Of a stretch of DNA of 64,000 nucleotides, positions 63,491-64,000 are shown in pieces. The notes under the pieces were generated by a model. It had not been told where the DNA came from. It saw only the letters and a program-made list of their open reading frames with translations, and made no database searches. Source of the DNA: Candidatus Latescibacterota bacterium (GTDB taxonomy: Bacteria > Latescibacterota > UBA2968 > UBA8231); assembly GCA_965203175.1 (NCBI GenBank), contig OZ241867.1, forward strand, positions 2,976,001 to 3,040,000. Reading direction: 5' to 3'. The position numbers and the translations under genes were made by a program. Numbering within the stretch: the first letter of the stretch is position 1; every line of letters begins with the position of its first letter.

Positions 63491-64000
63491 ATGTCTTGGC
63501 GATTTTTTGTCTGCGGCATCTCCTTAGCCGTTGCAGGTTGCGCGTCGGAGAATGAACCGGCCACCCCAGAGACGGTTTTGGCCACGGTGGGGGAGGAGAT
63601 GATCACGGCTTTGGACCTCCACCGCTACGAGCAAGCGCTGCCCGACTATCTGCACTCGAAGAAAGAGGGGGTAGCCGCCCGCGGCGAAAACCTACAGACC
63701 CTAGTCGACAAGGAGCTCATGCTGCGCGAGGCCTACAAGCGGGGGTTGGACCAGTTGCCTGGGCTCGCCTATACGCTGTCCGACATGGTCAATAAGCGCT
63801 TGGCCGAGAAACTATCGCGCGAGTGGATCGACGCCCGGCTCAAGGTGACCGAGGAGGAACTGCGCGCCGCGTACGAGGAGCATTTGCTCGGTTGGGAAAT
63901 CTGGCCGGCGCACATTCTCTCGGCTACCGAAGAAGACGCTTGGGCCATCATCCGCCAATTGGAAGCCGGGGCCAACTTTTCCGAATTGGCACGCCAGCAC
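63491..64000 (+). CDS. PrsA/SurA-like parvulin peptidyl-prolyl isomerase lipoprotein (partial)
   Basis: MSWRFFVCGISLAVAGC lipobox; VLATVGEEMIT; LVDKELMLREA; VTEEEL..AY; AHIL..TEEDA..LEAGANFSELARQH; runs off the window. Confidence 0.85.
   Translation, partial: MSWRFFVCGISLAVAGCASENEPATPETVLATVGEEMITALDLHRYEQALPDYLHSKKEGVAARGENLQTLVDKELMLREAYKRGLDQLPGLAYTLSDMVNKRLAEKLSREWIDARLKVTEEELRAAYEEHLLGWEIWPAHILSATEEDAWAIIRQLEAGANFSELARQH

Overview
GC-rich bacterial chromosome segment, densely coding. I found no rRNA, tRNA, CRISPR array, IS or phage. The left two-thirds is mostly housekeeping and metabolism: purD, era, a PorV-like barrel, glycerate kinase, lexA; tilS (frameshifted)-ftsH-folP-cdaA; argR-B-D-H followed by two tandem enolase-superfamily paralogs; ligA; heme O synthase; ppdK-parA-parB-lipoprotein-larB-mobA; a TonB-dependent receptor; ilvBN; tandem M19 dipeptidases; galU-larA. 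The right third (about 45.8-64 kb) is a co-oriented run of envelope and secreted proteins. It ends in a cassette: CBM9/DOMON-like secreted protein with a C-terminal 'WGxxK' tail, two large discoidin-like proteins with FlgD/CHU_C-type C-terminal domains, a Ca-motif-rich putative outer-membrane barrel, a lipoprotein and a PPIase lipoprotein. This cassette is the best candidate for an undescribed surface glycan-binding or export system related to T9SS sorting. Gene content suggests a diderm FCB-group organism such as Latescibacterota (inference only). Other signals: window-wide depletion of CCWGG with excess CTAGG/CTTGG products, a DGA-to-DRA change in CdaA, a LexA-box-like palindrome inside the lexA promoter, and several structured leaders. 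All domain calls are from motif recognition by eye, not database searches.
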